DNA from: Eledone cirrhosa
Taxonomy: Eukaryota
Length of the DNA stretch: 64,000 nucleotides
Assembly: GCA_964016885.1 (NCBI GenBank)
Contig: OZ024750.1
Location: forward strand, 47,492,001 to 47,556,000
Reading direction: 5' to 3'
Shown: positions 40,316 through 54,675 of the stretch, piece after piece
Numbering within the stretch: the stretch's first letter is position 1
Layout of the letters: the number at the start of each line of letters is the position of its first letter
Program-made: the position numbers and the translations under genes
Notes under the pieces: generated by a model
Databases searched by the model: none
Told to the model about the DNA's origin: nothing
What the model saw: the letters and a program-made list of their open reading frames with translations, nothing else

Positions 40316-41299
40316 TCTGGAATGCTAAGTACTTTCAACGTTAATTTCACGAGCAATTTCTCCCGTTGTTTGAACAACTGATGTAATAGTCGTGGATACC
40401 GCGATAGTTATAACGTAGCTCAACAAGTTCTTCAATCATCTGGATGGATATAATTGTAGTTTAATTTTATATGATAAAAATGATAAGTTTTCAAATACTG
40501 GGGTAGCATTTACATTGAACACAAATTTTATTTCATTAAATAAAACCATCAGCAAAGGTGTTCACGCAGTTAAATGTAAGATAGGTCTACCATCGGTTTT
40601 AACGATAGATTTTCAGCAAATCAATCAATAGTATATCCAGCATTCTAGAGAATTAGTGGGAAAGTAATTAAATATTCTACAGACATATGTAGAATTAACG
40701 AAACTCCGAAGTGGTGTCACATTAATATTATGTGTCTAGACAATTCGTTCCTCGACTCGTTCGGTGTAGTTGACACCTATCCTTTTTGTACATATAACTG
40801 GAAAAGGTGGTTGTCTAGTCAATCTTTTAGCGATAGAGTCATTACTGATCCTTTAGTCGATTATAAGAATATGATGTAACTTGTATGACATAAATCGTAT
40901 CAATAACATTATATTGATGTTTGCAAAGAATCACTTTTATATTAGAATTGATTTAACATCCAGCTTAAAATGAATAAAGTTTTTATTTTAATGGTCTATT
41001 TGTTGCTTTGAAACGTAGTAAAAACTGTTATTAAACTAGAATTACAACTTAGTAGTAAGACTTTAATATATTTTATTTTCGATACTGACAACAAATACAA
41101 TTTATTTCACCCAATACAAACATATATAGATTGTGTGATCTTCCGTCCAATGAAATAGAATTCGAAACCATTACCCATTTGTTTGTTGTTATGGCGTCGT
41201 TACATTTAATGATTATGCTGTAATAGCCGCCCGTTTACTGACAAACACGTTGTATACATAAATCCATGTTCACACATACACACACATAAAACATACACA

Positions 41300-42487
<1,188 letters not shown>

Positions 42488-42818
42488 GCATATATAACTA
42501 TATACGTGTGTGTATATCTATAAATAGTCAAATACTATATAATGTCTATATGTATGTATCCTGGTCTTTTTACAACTAGCTGTTCAATGTCTGTCTATTG
42601 GCAATTTTACGACGGATATTGAACACGACCCGTTTTATTGGACAATTAAACATTTCAATTTCCAATGTGTGAAGACCACCCTCATTTCCTCCCCTACCAA
42701 CTACAGCTATAGCACTGTATCGATAGTAAAGCAACATTGTATTTCTACAAGGGATGATTTGTTAAATATTTATTTTTAGCTAAAAATTGCTTATTACACT
42801 CTATTATATTTTAATCAA

Positions 42819-43208
42819 GGGCGGTGGATTGGCAGTATCGGTAGAGGGTCGGACGCCATGCTTTCCAGCATAGTTACGTCCCTTTAAGATCTGAGTTCAA
42901 ATCCCGCCGAGGTTGACTTTGCCTTTCATCCTAACGGGGTCGATAAAATAAAGTACCAGTAATGCACTGGATAATTGCTGGCCTTGTGCCTAAAGTAGAA
43001 ACAATTATATTTTAATCACAGGGCGGCGAATTAACAGTATCGGAAGAGGGTCAGACAACATGTTTGAGGCATAGAGTTACGGCCCTTGCCATTCTGAGTT
43101 CAAATCCCGCCGAGGTTAGCTTTGCCTTTCATCCTTACGGGGTCGATAAAATAAAGTAACAGTAATGTACTGGGTAATTGCTGGCGTTGTGCCAATTGTA
43201 GAAACAAT
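42819..43208 (+). mobile_element. Two full-length tRNA-derived SINEs in tandem (42819-43007; 43021-43208)
   Basis: A box tggcagtatcgg 42830-42841, B box gagttcaaatcc 42893-42904, tail ctttgcctttcatcct..ggggtcgataaaataaagtaccagt. Confidence 0.9.
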
Positions 43209-43313
43209 TATATTTTAATGAATCCCGGAATGTTTGAAAGTGGAAATATAGTCCACAGCCGTCCGCTCAGAAAATATAGCTGTTTCAAACCCGCACACAC
43301 AGTTAACTCCGCC

Positions 43314-43357
<44 letters not shown>

Positions 43358-43461
43358 GGAAAAAAAATGAAACGAAATTTCATTTCTCACTCTTAGTACG
43401 GCTGATACTTAAATATAAGTATGTATACGTACATACATATATGTATACAGACGTACAGTAG

Positions 43462-43507
<46 letters not shown>

Positions 43508-43510
43508 CAT

Positions 43511-43550
<40 letters not shown>

Positions 43551-43849
43551 ACGTATGGACTCACCCAACATGTATTATAATGCTCGGTGTGTTAGTAAAC
43601 AAACAGCCCGTATTAAGCCGTAGTGTCTAGCAACCATCGTTGCTCATTTGTTCAACACTGACAAAGGAACGCTGTACTAGTTTCAAGCTTATTAGCTATT
43701 GTCAGCAACGTATACCTTCCTGCCAGATGATTGAAGTCTGAAAGTATATACTTTCCTTATGCATATTAACGACTGAGCAGCCTGATTTGCATATCGAGTG
43801 AGTTAATCGGCCGGGGTATCGAAAACGATGAACGGAAAAATGAAACGAA

Positions 43850-44068
43850 ATTTCGCCCAGTTCACAGATAATCGGTGGACCCGCGCAATTGCCGAGAGGT
43901 ACCCGCGCGAGCGTAAACGATCACTCGGAACGTCTCCACGAGGGTGGAGTTACGATTTGAAAATATTATTGGGAATACATGGATTAGGAAAGCACGATCC
44001 AGAGGGGAATGGACGGCAGGCCGTGACCAGCGGCGCTGAAGGAACGCCCGACAGACTGGTCGGTCAAG

Positions 44069-44073
<5 letters not shown>
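43850..44073 (+). mobile_element. RTE-clade LINE 3' end followed by (TA)n
   Basis: FTDNRWTRAIAERYPRERKRSLG.SPRGW..DL. Confidence 0.75.
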
Positions 44074-44130
<57 letters not shown>

Positions 44131-44133
<3 letters not shown>

Positions 44134-44338
44134 TTTATCATTTATTTTATTTGACTTGTTCAGCTTGATTTGCTTTTTGGCTTAGGTGGTTAATGCCTTC
44201 ATGACTAGGTTTTCAGTCTGTATGGCGTTTTAACGTATTGTTTAGCTCTAGTTTTCTTAACTATTGGAGCGCTTGTCAGAATTTCTACGAATTTGCGTTT
44301 CGTTTCGCTTTTACTACCTGCCGAAATACGATTCTCGC

Positions 44339-44342
<4 letters not shown>
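44131..44342. repeat. Unclassified TA-flanked interspersed repeat; inverted homologue at 63441-63512
   Basis: tttgcgtttc..ccgaaatacgattctcgctgaat matches the reverse complement of 63448-63500. Confidence 0.6.
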
Positions 44343-44397
<55 letters not shown>

Positions 44398-45761
44398 GAA
44401 TCCCTGTAATCTAAGGACGCCTAGACAATTTTAATTGTGTAATATATACTTCCTATCTTTGCAGGATTTGGTGTATAATAGGGTTGTTTCTTTGATTTTT
44501 AGTGTGCATTAATAACAGAGAGACCCAGTCAAATCAGAAAAAAATATATATAACATGAAGCGTCTAGTTGAAGAATACAACATGAGGCCATGTCTCGTCA
44601 TCCTACTTACGCCCATATAATAAAACACCGTAGCCACTAGTCGATGTAGGGTTAACTTCAATATATTACTCTCTGAGTTAGAATGATTACAATCCGTATT
44701 TCTTGTTCTATCTTTCATAACATCAAATGTCGACTTCCATAATACTTTTCATTTCCCCTTCATATTTCATTTACTTATGCGCTGTTTTAAATATTTTTCT
44801 ATATAATTTCTTAGTGTACCTCGTAATCTTGAGCAAGGTACTTGATTTCATAGTGACCGAGTACATGCCGTTGGGCAAAAACAGTTTCACTTGTAATTCA
44901 AAGGGTCAGTCTCCTCAAGTACTGTTTCAATCTGAAATATGTAAATCCTATACGTGTCTCCTGTATGTCCAGCGATTTATAGATTAATGTCTCGACCAGG
45001 GCATTCAGTGTTCGAATCAATGAAACCCCGATAATCGAAAACAGTGGAGCGACAAATGCATGGGAAAAAAAAGAAGACATATGCCAATATTGGTATTTAG
45101 TTCCGCCTGAATAACGCTCCAATTCATGTCCTCTGACATCAGAAAAATTCAGTGTATATCATACTAAAATTGCTGGCGTCAACACAATTTGTTATCACCA
45201 TTACGTTCCCAAATTTGAGCAATTTTATCTCTGGTAGAAAACTTTTCAACTAATTTATTTAGTAATCCAGATATTTGTTTCATTTCATTTTGCTATTATT
45301 TTGAAATTTTTGTTGAGTTTCAATTTCAAAAATAAAATTGTCAATTACTAAACATGGTAAACAATGCGGCATTTCAAACGTTATCGTAAATGCGTTTTAA
45401 TCATAGAGAAAAAAACACATACATCTAACCTTTCTATTCTCTATTTGGTATTTTCTTTTTCTATTTAACCAAGATAATTCTACATACGTTAATTTTTCTA
45501 TTTCAAAATTTACTGCGTTTCTCATAAATGTTTTGGTCTGTTTTGATAGCAGCATTATAAACTGTGCTCTGTTTTTTACTCGTATGTGCTGTATGAGAAA
45601 AAGTTGTTGATCTATTCTAATACGTTAAATTTAATCAGCTGTAGATCGATTCATTCGAACTTTTATCAACGCATCCTTATCTCACGGTGTTTCACAGTTT
45701 CTCATCTCATGCATGTGATTGTATGTATTTATACACACACGCGCGCACACACACATACATA

Positions 45762-45821
<60 letters not shown>

Positions 45822-46430
45822 GTGTGTGTGCTACCCTCTCCAGCATCACTCTAACAGTTGAAAGAAAAATAGAAAAAAACAAACAAACAAACAAATATTT
45901 TGGAGCACTAATTAGGACTAATATAGATGATAAATGATTAGCACATTTAGAAAGCACTTGATTAGAATGCATTATTACTGATCTATCTTCACCAGGCAGA
46001 GGGAAAAAGTCGGATATTCCTACATTCAAAATGTGAGAACACATATCAACAACAACTCCAAGAGCACCGCCTCGCCCGGATGTTTAGGTAAATGGTATCA
46101 ATTCATCTACAGAACCTCGTAACTCACAAGCTGTCGACTACGAGGACGAAGTTACACATCCCGGCACAACCAACAGCATGACGTTAAGACACACGCGGGA
46201 ATATCGAATGACCGATTTAAAGAATGTATTTTTAACTTAGACACCAAGATATGAGGATAATCTCGAAATCTATGACCCACGTACGGGTGATCAAGATGGT
46301 GGGCGTGATCATATCGTGTTAGTTCTCTGTCCGTTTTACAATGATAAAATAATATATATTTATCTTTAAATCATTCCTCAACGCACATACATTCACACAC
46401 ACATATACACACACACGCACACACCCACAC

Positions 46431-46477
<47 letters not shown>

Positions 46478-46486
46478 CATATATAT

Positions 46487-46527
<41 letters not shown>

Positions 46528-46530
<3 letters not shown>

Positions 46531-46625
46531 AACGAGTAGGACCCCGACAGCTGAGCTAAAGCCGTTTCGACGGCTAATTCTGGTGCGTTATGGTCCACCT
46601 GGTTCCTTACCACATTTCCTACGTT

Positions 46626-46626
<1 letters not shown>
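46528..46626. mobile_element. Family G two-armed micro-insertion
   Basis: Inverted internal piece (starts aggaa) joined through tgg microhomology to the tail ending cgtt|ata. Confidence 0.8.
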
Positions 46627-46698
<72 letters not shown>

Positions 46699-46705
46699 TA
46701 TATAT

Positions 46706-46874
46706 AAATGAAATAATTCTGTCGGAAAAGTCCAGGAAAAAAGAGTGCTCTATGTAGGTAACAAAGCTTAATAGTTATGTAAGAAACAACATAAGGAAAT
46801 TATTTCATTTACCAGTGGTTTCTTAAAAGCAAATAACTTTGCTTTCAATCCTCAGAATGAAAAAATCCTGGTCT
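46706..46874 (-). mobile_element. Family A single long arm with intact HHR at 46804-46861
   Basis: UUCAUU CUGAGGA UUGAAAGCAAA guua UUUGCUUUUAA GAAA CC ACU GG UA^AAUGAA. Confidence 0.85.
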
Positions 46875-46898
46875 ATATATATATATATATATATATAT

Positions 46899-47093
46899 AG
46901 GAAAACAGATAAAATGGAAAATGCAACTGGGGTCTTATTTAAAAAAAAAAACTATATATATTTATTTGGTTCCTTTACCCGTTTCGCAGTTCTTCTGCTT
47001 TTCAAAAGTAGACTTGAGATGGAGGGTCTGTGGTTTTTCTCACATGTAAAAATAAGACTCGAGTTGCATTTTCGATTTCATCTTTTGTTCTTT
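46899..47093. mobile_element. Two-armed insert (46899-46940 / 47050-47093) with a U3-A8 HHR at 46972-47009 (-)
   Basis: CUU UUGAAAA GCAG aagaa CUGC GAAAC gg GUA^AAG. Confidence 0.7.
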
Positions 47094-47110
47094 ATATATA
47101 TATATATATA

Positions 47111-47237
47111 TAACGAAGGAAGTATGTAAGTAACCTGGTGGACCATAACTCACGAAATTACAATATACTGTGTTGTAGTGTGGGTAATATAAAAGAGTGA
47201 AGACGGCGACGGCTGTTGGGGTCCCGGCTCTTTTCCT
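47111..47237. mobile_element. Diverged family G two-armed micro-insertion
   Basis: Starts taacgaaggaa and ends ggggtc..ttttcct|ata. Confidence 0.65.
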
Positions 47238-47249
47238 ATATATATATAT

Positions 47250-48835
47250 CTTAGATTCTTCCGCGCCGTTCGCCGCATCGAGCAGTAAGATCTCGCCAAC
47301 GGTCAAGATCAGCGGCAACATTTTCGAGACCGTGCCAGGTGATGTTGACTGCCATCAGGTCCTTCCGAAACGTTCGTCGCCAGGTGATCCTTGGGCAACT
47401 CCACCTCCGTTTACCGCCAGGCTGAGTCCAGTTCATCGCTGTTTTCGAATGCCGTTCATTTGGCAGACGCAGACGCAGAATATGGCCAGTCAGACGGCAC
47501 CGAATCTCCGTCACCATTCTCTGTACCGTCCACGACAGATGTTCTCGTTTCGCACTCGGTCGCATTACGTCACACGAAGGGTCGTTCGCAGGCACCGCTG
47601 GTGGAAAGCGTTTATCCATATCTCTATTTTTGCTGTACTCTTTCAGCTTTCGCTCGCATAAAGCACTGTCGGCAAAACGATGCTCTTGTACAGGCGGAGC
47701 TTGGTCTTGGTGCTAATGAATGGAGACGAGCAGACTGGGCCAAGCCGCTGGAAAACTGCGGCTTCTTTGCTGATCCGACAGTTGATGCCGAGATCCGCGT
47801 CGCCCCTGTTTGTCAGGATGCTGCCCAGATTGATGAAGTCGTCGACCTCCTTGAGGTCCTGTTGGTTGACTGATCACTGGATCTGTGTTGCTGGCCGTTC
47901 TCATGACCTCCGTCTTTTTGGTGTTGATTCTCAGGCCGAACTTTTCGGCACACTCTTGTAGGGATGTTGTTAGGGCCTGCAGATCTGCACTGTTTTCAGC
48001 GATCAAAGCGATGTCGTCGGCGAATTCCAGGTCCCTCAGCCTCGACTGCCCTCTGCATGGGATTCCTCGAACGGGTCCTTCATGCATTCGCATTAGTACG
48101 AAATCGGCTGCCAGCAGGAACAACAGTGGAGAGATAATGCAACCCTGTCTGACTCCAGAGACAATGTCAAAGAACTCCGTCACACCGGACTCAGTCCGCC
48201 TGCAGCAGCTGGAGTTTTCATACCTTTCAAGGGCCTTGATAATGGCGATGAATCTTGCCGTACAGTTGCGCAACATTCCAAAGCGACTTCCTGTGTATAC
48301 TGTTGAATGCCTTCTGGAAATCAATAAAATTGTCCGCCAAGGGCTGTTGTAGATCAACGCATTGTTCGAGAATGTTCCGTAGTGCAAAGCTCTGTTCCGT
48401 GCAAGATCGATTTTTTCGGAAGCCGGATTGTTCCTCCCGTAGCACAGAGTCGACAGCCTGCTGGAGTCGACAGAGCAGCAGAGTGCAGAACGCCTTGCCT
48501 GGGACTGACAGTAATTTGATACCAAGCCATTTGTTGCAGTCTGCCTCGTTTCCCTTCTTCGGCAGTTTGACGATGACACCGCACTGCCACTCAAGGGAAT
48601 CCCGACCAATCCTCCAGCATTGGTTCATCAGGTCTGTCAACGCCGTTATCGTACTCTCCTCACCGAATGTGAGCAGCTGAGCAGAGATCTCATCCAGTCC
48701 GCCTGCTTAGCCGTTCCTGAAGTTGCTAATCGCATCTCACGTCTCTTGCTTGGTGATATGGTCCTGCAGACTTTGAGTACCTCAGTGGCTGCTGCAGTCT
48801 ATGCGATCATGACTAACAGGGCGACTGAATTTGTT
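47250..48835 (-). mobile_element. RTE-clade LINE, 5'-truncated, frameshifted RT
   Basis: IVKLPKKG..LLSVPGK..EEQSGFRKNRSC..FIDFQKAF, GVRQGCIISPLLF, LEFADDIAL, GHILRL..WRRT; flanked by (TA)n. Confidence 0.9.
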
Positions 48836-48865
48836 TATATATAACCGTATATATATATAACCGGA

Positions 48866-48935
<70 letters not shown>

Positions 48936-49058
48936 ATTTTCACAGTCATCTCCCTTAGAGCTGTCGCACGCAATGTTGTATTGCCTGGGTGAAATTACCG
49001 TTCTGCGCATGCGCGTTTACACTGTTGTCCTTATTGTTCCGTATAACCATGTTCATTA

Positions 49059-49096
49059 CGAGCTGAGGATCCGCTAAGGTGAAACAATTTTTCTCG
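49059..49096 (+). ncRNA. Degenerate hammerhead motif within the TA-flanked insert 48933-49127
   Basis: CGAG CUGAGGA uCC gcuaa GGu GAAA caauuuuu CUCG; the cleavage triplet has decayed. Confidence 0.45.
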
Positions 49097-49123
49097 GTAT
49101 TGTGAACTAACTGTTGTGTAACC

Positions 49124-49172
<49 letters not shown>

Positions 49173-50384
49173 AATATATATATTAACGACACATGTACAA
49201 CCAGCAATCCGTACAATTATTCATATATTTATTGCCTGTGTATGGACGTATATGTGTTGAAGTAAGTGTTAATATTACGTACATGTTATTACAATTGTGT
49301 TCAGGGAACATCCCAGTGATACAAACAAAAACAATCACGTGACTCGAAAATCTAATGCTAGAGTAGCATAATCAATGAAAATGTCAATCTACTAACGAAA
49401 AGCCTCTACTATCACACCGACGGATTTTCACGTATTTCTTATCTACAATCTAACCTTGTTTTCCCAGGATGCTGTTAAGAGACAGAGGAAGATGTTTAGG
49501 CGTATAAAACATAACAGCAAGATGAAATGAAACGAAGAAATTAAACACAGAGCCATATCAATCTTTATGGCGTTTTCTTTCACAAATAAAATGTAATTTA
49601 ATGATTATAAAATTAAAGTCTCTGTACATGATACATTAGTAGAATTCCTATAGGTCGTTAGTCTTGGACATCAGAAAAGTTTTAATTCATCGAAAAGACA
49701 ATAAACATATATCTGCATATTTCCCTGGAGTGAACGAAGACTTAATGTATGTGTAAAATATATTGATTTAGTCGACGACTTTTTCAGTCAAACTATTAGT
49801 ATTGTGATATTCATAGCGTAGATACACTTTTGTGGACCAGAGAATTATGAAAAACACAGTAAATTGGCACAGTAAATTCCATTGACACAGTTTTAAATAA
49901 TTCTGGAAAACGAAACATTTTAATGTCAGCATATTTAACGTGCTTTAGGTAATTTCGTTATTTTCTGAGTTCACCTCCAGCATATACTGAAGTTACATTA
50001 TCTCTGGCATCGGTCAATATAACTAGAACCATTAGGACACTGACAATGTCCGCTAGTTCTCAGGAAAATAGTAGGATTTATTAACTGTCTATAGTTACCT
50101 GTTTTCATGTAATGACAGTGAAATTAACATTTTTCTTAATATCATTTAAGTAAATATTAACCCAATACAATTAACTAATATCTCCTCTGTTAATAAAAAA
50201 AAGAAATTATCCTTTTAGTAAACATATATTTTGATTTAAAATATTTTGTAATATTTATGTTAGTTCTATTTGTGTTTTTTCCTTATTTTGAAATCACTTT
50301 TCAAGTTCGAACGTTCGGTTTATGAGTCACGTCAACCAGAACAGATATTGAGTTATTACAATAACAACAAATATATTATAATAA

Positions 50385-50682
50385 TTGATTCTTATATAGG
50401 CACACGGCTAGCCATAATCCCAATACATTACTGGTGCTTTATTTAATCGATCCCGTAAGGATGAAAGGCAAAGTTAACCTCAGCGGGATTGAACTCAGAC
50501 CATAAAAGGCCGTAACACTTTGGTGGAAAGCATGGCGTCCGACCCTCTACCGATACTGCCAATCCACCGCCCTATGCATTGTAATAATTGTAAATACTTT
50601 TGGCACAAGGCCAGCAATTACCCAGTACATTACTGGTACTTCAATTTATCGACTCCGTAAGGATGAAAGGCAAAGTTGACCT
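50385..50682 (-). mobile_element. Tandem SINEs (50385-50572 full; about 50589-50682 truncated, TSD cattgtaataat)
   Basis: Same family as 42819; direct repeat at 50577-50588 and 50684-50695. Confidence 0.85.
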
Positions 50683-52562
50683 ACATTGTAATAATAATGC
50701 AGGGTAGGGTAAAGCAAATGCACTGGTGATCGTATGATACAAACTGTTTCTAGCGCCTGATTCAGCGTTACAATTACATATGTGAGAAGGCCTGATAATT
50801 TGAGTCTATCCTCACTTGATCCCGGTGACATATTACCTAAATAGACGCTATCCTCTGAAGTATTTATATTTTATATCAATTCTATGCCAAGATTGTTTGT
50901 CCCGAAGGTGGGGAACATGAACGTGACATATTCAGGAACTCAGATATTAGTGGAATGGAGATAGAGATTCTTCAAATATATCAGCAAACAGGAGAACATG
51001 AACAAATGCATGTAACAAAGTGAACTCCACTAAAGCCACCTAAGTGAATTGAGTTCGAACACAATGCTATTCGATCCCTTATTCACTAATTCTTCACATT
51101 TTGCTGATAATTTTACAGGCTCATATTCACAGGTGAGACGGGATATAGATCAAGCTCCCTCATATCGAGCATGAATTGTTACGATATCAGCCATATCATC
51201 ATGACATGAATTATTTATAAGTGAACATTTCATGCAACACTTGTACGTTTCAAAACCTCTTTCGGATGCGACCGCCTGCAAAATTGACAAAATGAATTTC
51301 TCCCCTCTTCTACATTACATTCAATATTTCTATCCTATATATCATTCTTCCCCGTTACGAGAAGGTACCGCATTCACAGGTGTTAGGTTGTCAATATGGA
51401 AATACATATTTATTTGTTCTCTTTTTCTGATATGTCAATGCAAATCTCCCTGAGATCAGATTTACATTTCATCATTGGACAGTAGAGAAAACTATACTAC
51501 CAAATGCCGTACAGACATCTCTCTCTCTCCTTCATCTCTCTCTATTTCTCTATCTGCCTCTCTATCTATGTATCTATGTATCTATGTATCTATATATCTC
51601 TATCTTTCTCTTGCACTCTTCCTTTCTTTCGGAGAAATCGGGGGCGTTCCGATCTGGAAATGAATGGACTACACCAGGTGTTAAATGCCCAACAGACTCA
51701 GTATGTCAGAATATCGTTCCTAAAATTGAACTGCACTTACCATTTGTGTTTACGTCGTACTAAAAGAAAATATTCTTTCATCCATCTTCTGTTGTCCCCA
51801 AAATTGAAATAATTGAAAATAATATACTGCAGGAGATTCCACATTATTCTCGCACTGTTATATCGGTTAACTCGGCAAAATTAAACGTTATTAATTTTAA
51901 TTGGAACACTTGATCAAACGGAAATTATACACTAAGTTAACATTATTTGGTATCCTTAGTAGATTTAGCAAGCAACAATGAACAATGGCAGTAAAGTAAA
52001 TATTCAGTTTGAATACAATAGCTTGTTTGTCGTTCAAAAAATCTCAATATCATTAAGTTGGTTTGTATATCGTCAAATTAAAATTTATCACCATCGTTAT
52101 TTATGGCTGTGTTTTAATTGCTACTAAATCTTTATGACAAAGATAATTAATTTTCTAGTGAACTATGTACAGAACAACAAGACACTCGGTAGCAAGTTGC
52201 AGCTCTTATTGAACAACAACTTGATATTTGAAGCGAAATATAACTTAGCTTTTCAATATATAGGATCCTCTCATCTCATATATAATTTCATATGTGTGTA
52301 TATATATATACAAGGGATTAATCCCCTTTCTTGAACGGTGTATCACGTGATAGAGTCTCCCGCCGCCTTTCTGAGATTTTCTCGCATGCTACGGACGTAT
52401 GTAGTTAGGGCTCTTCCCTGAGGTACTCCCTTGCAACAATGCCTTACCTCACAACAATGTTACATATCTATGATATAACATTCTTGCATAGTGACCAGCG
52501 AAACTGTACAGTCGGGACAAAGGAAACAAATAGGTATATTGTATCTATTATTCCTTTTTATA

Positions 52563-52623
<61 letters not shown>

Positions 52624-52880
52624 GTGGAACACTGGAAGGTAATATCCCTAGTGGTAGAGCACTCAGTCCATGGCACGAGTTAGGTAGAAGTGGTTGTGTA
52701 ACACCACTTCTATATGTATATATATATCATAACTCCAAAATAAATGGCACCAATTTTCTCTCTTCTACCTCTATAAAAAGATGTCATCAGCCTACTACAA
52801 CAGACTCTTGATATTTTAGGATGTTATATAAAATAGGAACGCTAACACAAACACATAAACACACACCATGCAGACATTCA

Positions 52881-52946
<66 letters not shown>

Positions 52947-52988
52947 CGAAAAAAAAGAGAAACAGTTTTGCGACGAATGGTTGTATTG

Positions 52989-53084
52989 GACATATTACAA
53001 TCGTTTCTCTGGCGACCAGCTCGATGCACGATCGATGTGATGATCGAACCTGGCTCTGAGAATCACAAGGTCCTCAGATACGTC
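52989..53084 (-). ncRNA. Hammerhead ribozyme with an extended stem II, in the TA-flanked insert 52944-53112
   Basis: GACGUAU CUGAGGA [about 60-nt structured stem II] GAAAC GAUU GUA^AUAUGUC; 7-bp stem I. Confidence 0.7.
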
Positions 53085-53108
53085 TTGATTCTACGAAGCA
53101 GATTTTCC

Positions 53109-53177
<69 letters not shown>

Positions 53178-53182
<5 letters not shown>

Positions 53183-53465
53183 ATGCTTGGCGAGGGTCAT
53201 ATCTTTATAATATTGCCAGAAATACTAACAGAACACACTAACTGTTTCGTTTGGGTTGGTTTTCGCTTGTGCATCTTTTATATCTCCATAGTTTATTTAT
53301 CTGGCAATGAATGTTTATCAATGATTGACCAACGGTTAATAATACAGATATACATGCATATATATAGTCTATCAAATTCCTTTCATCACACATCTGTGAC
53401 ATCATCAGTTGTACTATTATGTTTCCCCCCGTTGTATTGTAATACCTACGCCATTTTTGTCTTTT
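53178..53465 (-). mobile_element. Diverged family C relative with a degenerate HHR (about 53373-53411)
   Basis: Same terminus ttgttatgctt..gagggtcat; CUGAUGA u GUCACA gaug UGUGAU GAAA; aaaatggcgtagg. Confidence 0.65.
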
Positions 53466-53500
53466 ATATATAAATATATATATACATATATATATATATA

Positions 53501-53875
53501 ATAAAGTTATATGAAAAGTCAAATGTTTAAAATTTAGCTTCGTTTATTACTGCTATATATATTTCAGTGACAGCCACCTTTGGCTGTGATCTCTTCAGGC
53601 AGTTTGAATTAGTATGGCATAGACAAGTACATATGTTGTTGAGGTGTATAATTTTGTCAATACTCTGATATGCCCAGTTCCTGTTTGGGTTGTTATTTCA
53701 CTGAGGAACTGGAATCATATGAATTCAAACAAACGAATTCCAGTGTCAAAGGGCCTCTTCTCCTCTCATTGGTCAGTTATTAGAGCATTCCTCATTCTAA
53801 ATGTTGTTATTGTTGGAGTTAGCTTAAAAAATTGATAAAATGGTAGAAGGGACAAGGTGTTAAAGGAACAAACTA
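53501..53875 (-). mobile_element. Family D single arm with HHR at 53549-53603
   Basis: Closely matches 2230-2594. Confidence 0.85.
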
Positions 53876-53887
53876 ACAAAAAAGTAG

Positions 53888-54142
53888 GCCAAAAGGAAAA
53901 GCACGGCTCTCTCCGACCTGATCTGGAAGCTTAAGCTGGACAGGACCCCTTACTCTCTGGCCTGGTACATAATCAGGAAAGTACCACCCGATAAAGGGGG
54001 ATCTTGCATATGCAAACTATGCCTGAACGAGACCCTCGAGATACTAAGAGGTGGAAGCGGCCTGATAAACCTCAGAACCGACTTCTTCGGGACATGCAGA
54101 CACCTTAGAGCCGGGAACTTCCTCAAGATATATGGACAGTAG
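53888..54142 (+). pseudogene. Penelope-like GIY-YIG endonuclease C-terminal half (open frame, 5'-truncated), followed by 3' UTR to about 54675
   Basis: Manual translation: STALSDLIWKLKLDRTPYSLAWYIIRKVPPDKGGSCICKLCLNETLEILRGGSGLINLRTDFFGTCRH; paralogue of 7661-8097. Confidence 0.85.
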
Positions 54143-54675
54143 CAACACAAGAAGATGTGAACTCCCCTCAAGCTATAGGGACTTCTACAGAACATGTAAA
54201 CACCTCTCGGCCAGACCTCCCTCAAGCTATATGGACAGTAACAACACCCTAGTGTGAACTCCCCTCAAGCCATAGGGAACAACCCAGGCTGAGCAGACAC
54301 CATAATAGCCTAGAGATTGAATCGGACACAGCCATTATAATTTGGCCAACATCTATATAACACAAACACTTTTTAATTTACTTGATTTTTGATTTTCAAG
54401 TTACAATTTTAAATCCTGATTTCTCTTTATAAATTTGTTATTTGTTTTCTGCCCTCTTCACTGTATCACCTTATATTTATTTATAAGTTGAGATTGATTA
54501 TAACACAAACACATTTTGTTTGATTATCTTATTTTAACATCTTGTACCACATACCAATCTATCCAACATATTTCTGACCTTGAGATTGGTTATAGCACAC
54601 ACACACTTTATCCTACATTATTTTTCACTTCTCCCTATTCATTTTCATTACTTTTTCACCAATTTTCGCCAATGA

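Noticed and set aside
42819-42910. tRNA genes (A/B boxes here and at 13665, 25200 and 28760)
   Set aside because: No cloverleaf; these are SINE heads, most with recognisable SINE bodies
44509-45122. Short ORFs on both strands
   Set aside because: Manual translation of the frames I tried showed frequent stops and no motif
52621-52712. TA-flanked 90-bp insert with terminal hairpin tagaagtgg..ccacttcta (possible Helitron end)
   Set aside because: Single copy here with no CTRR terminus; not enough evidence to classify
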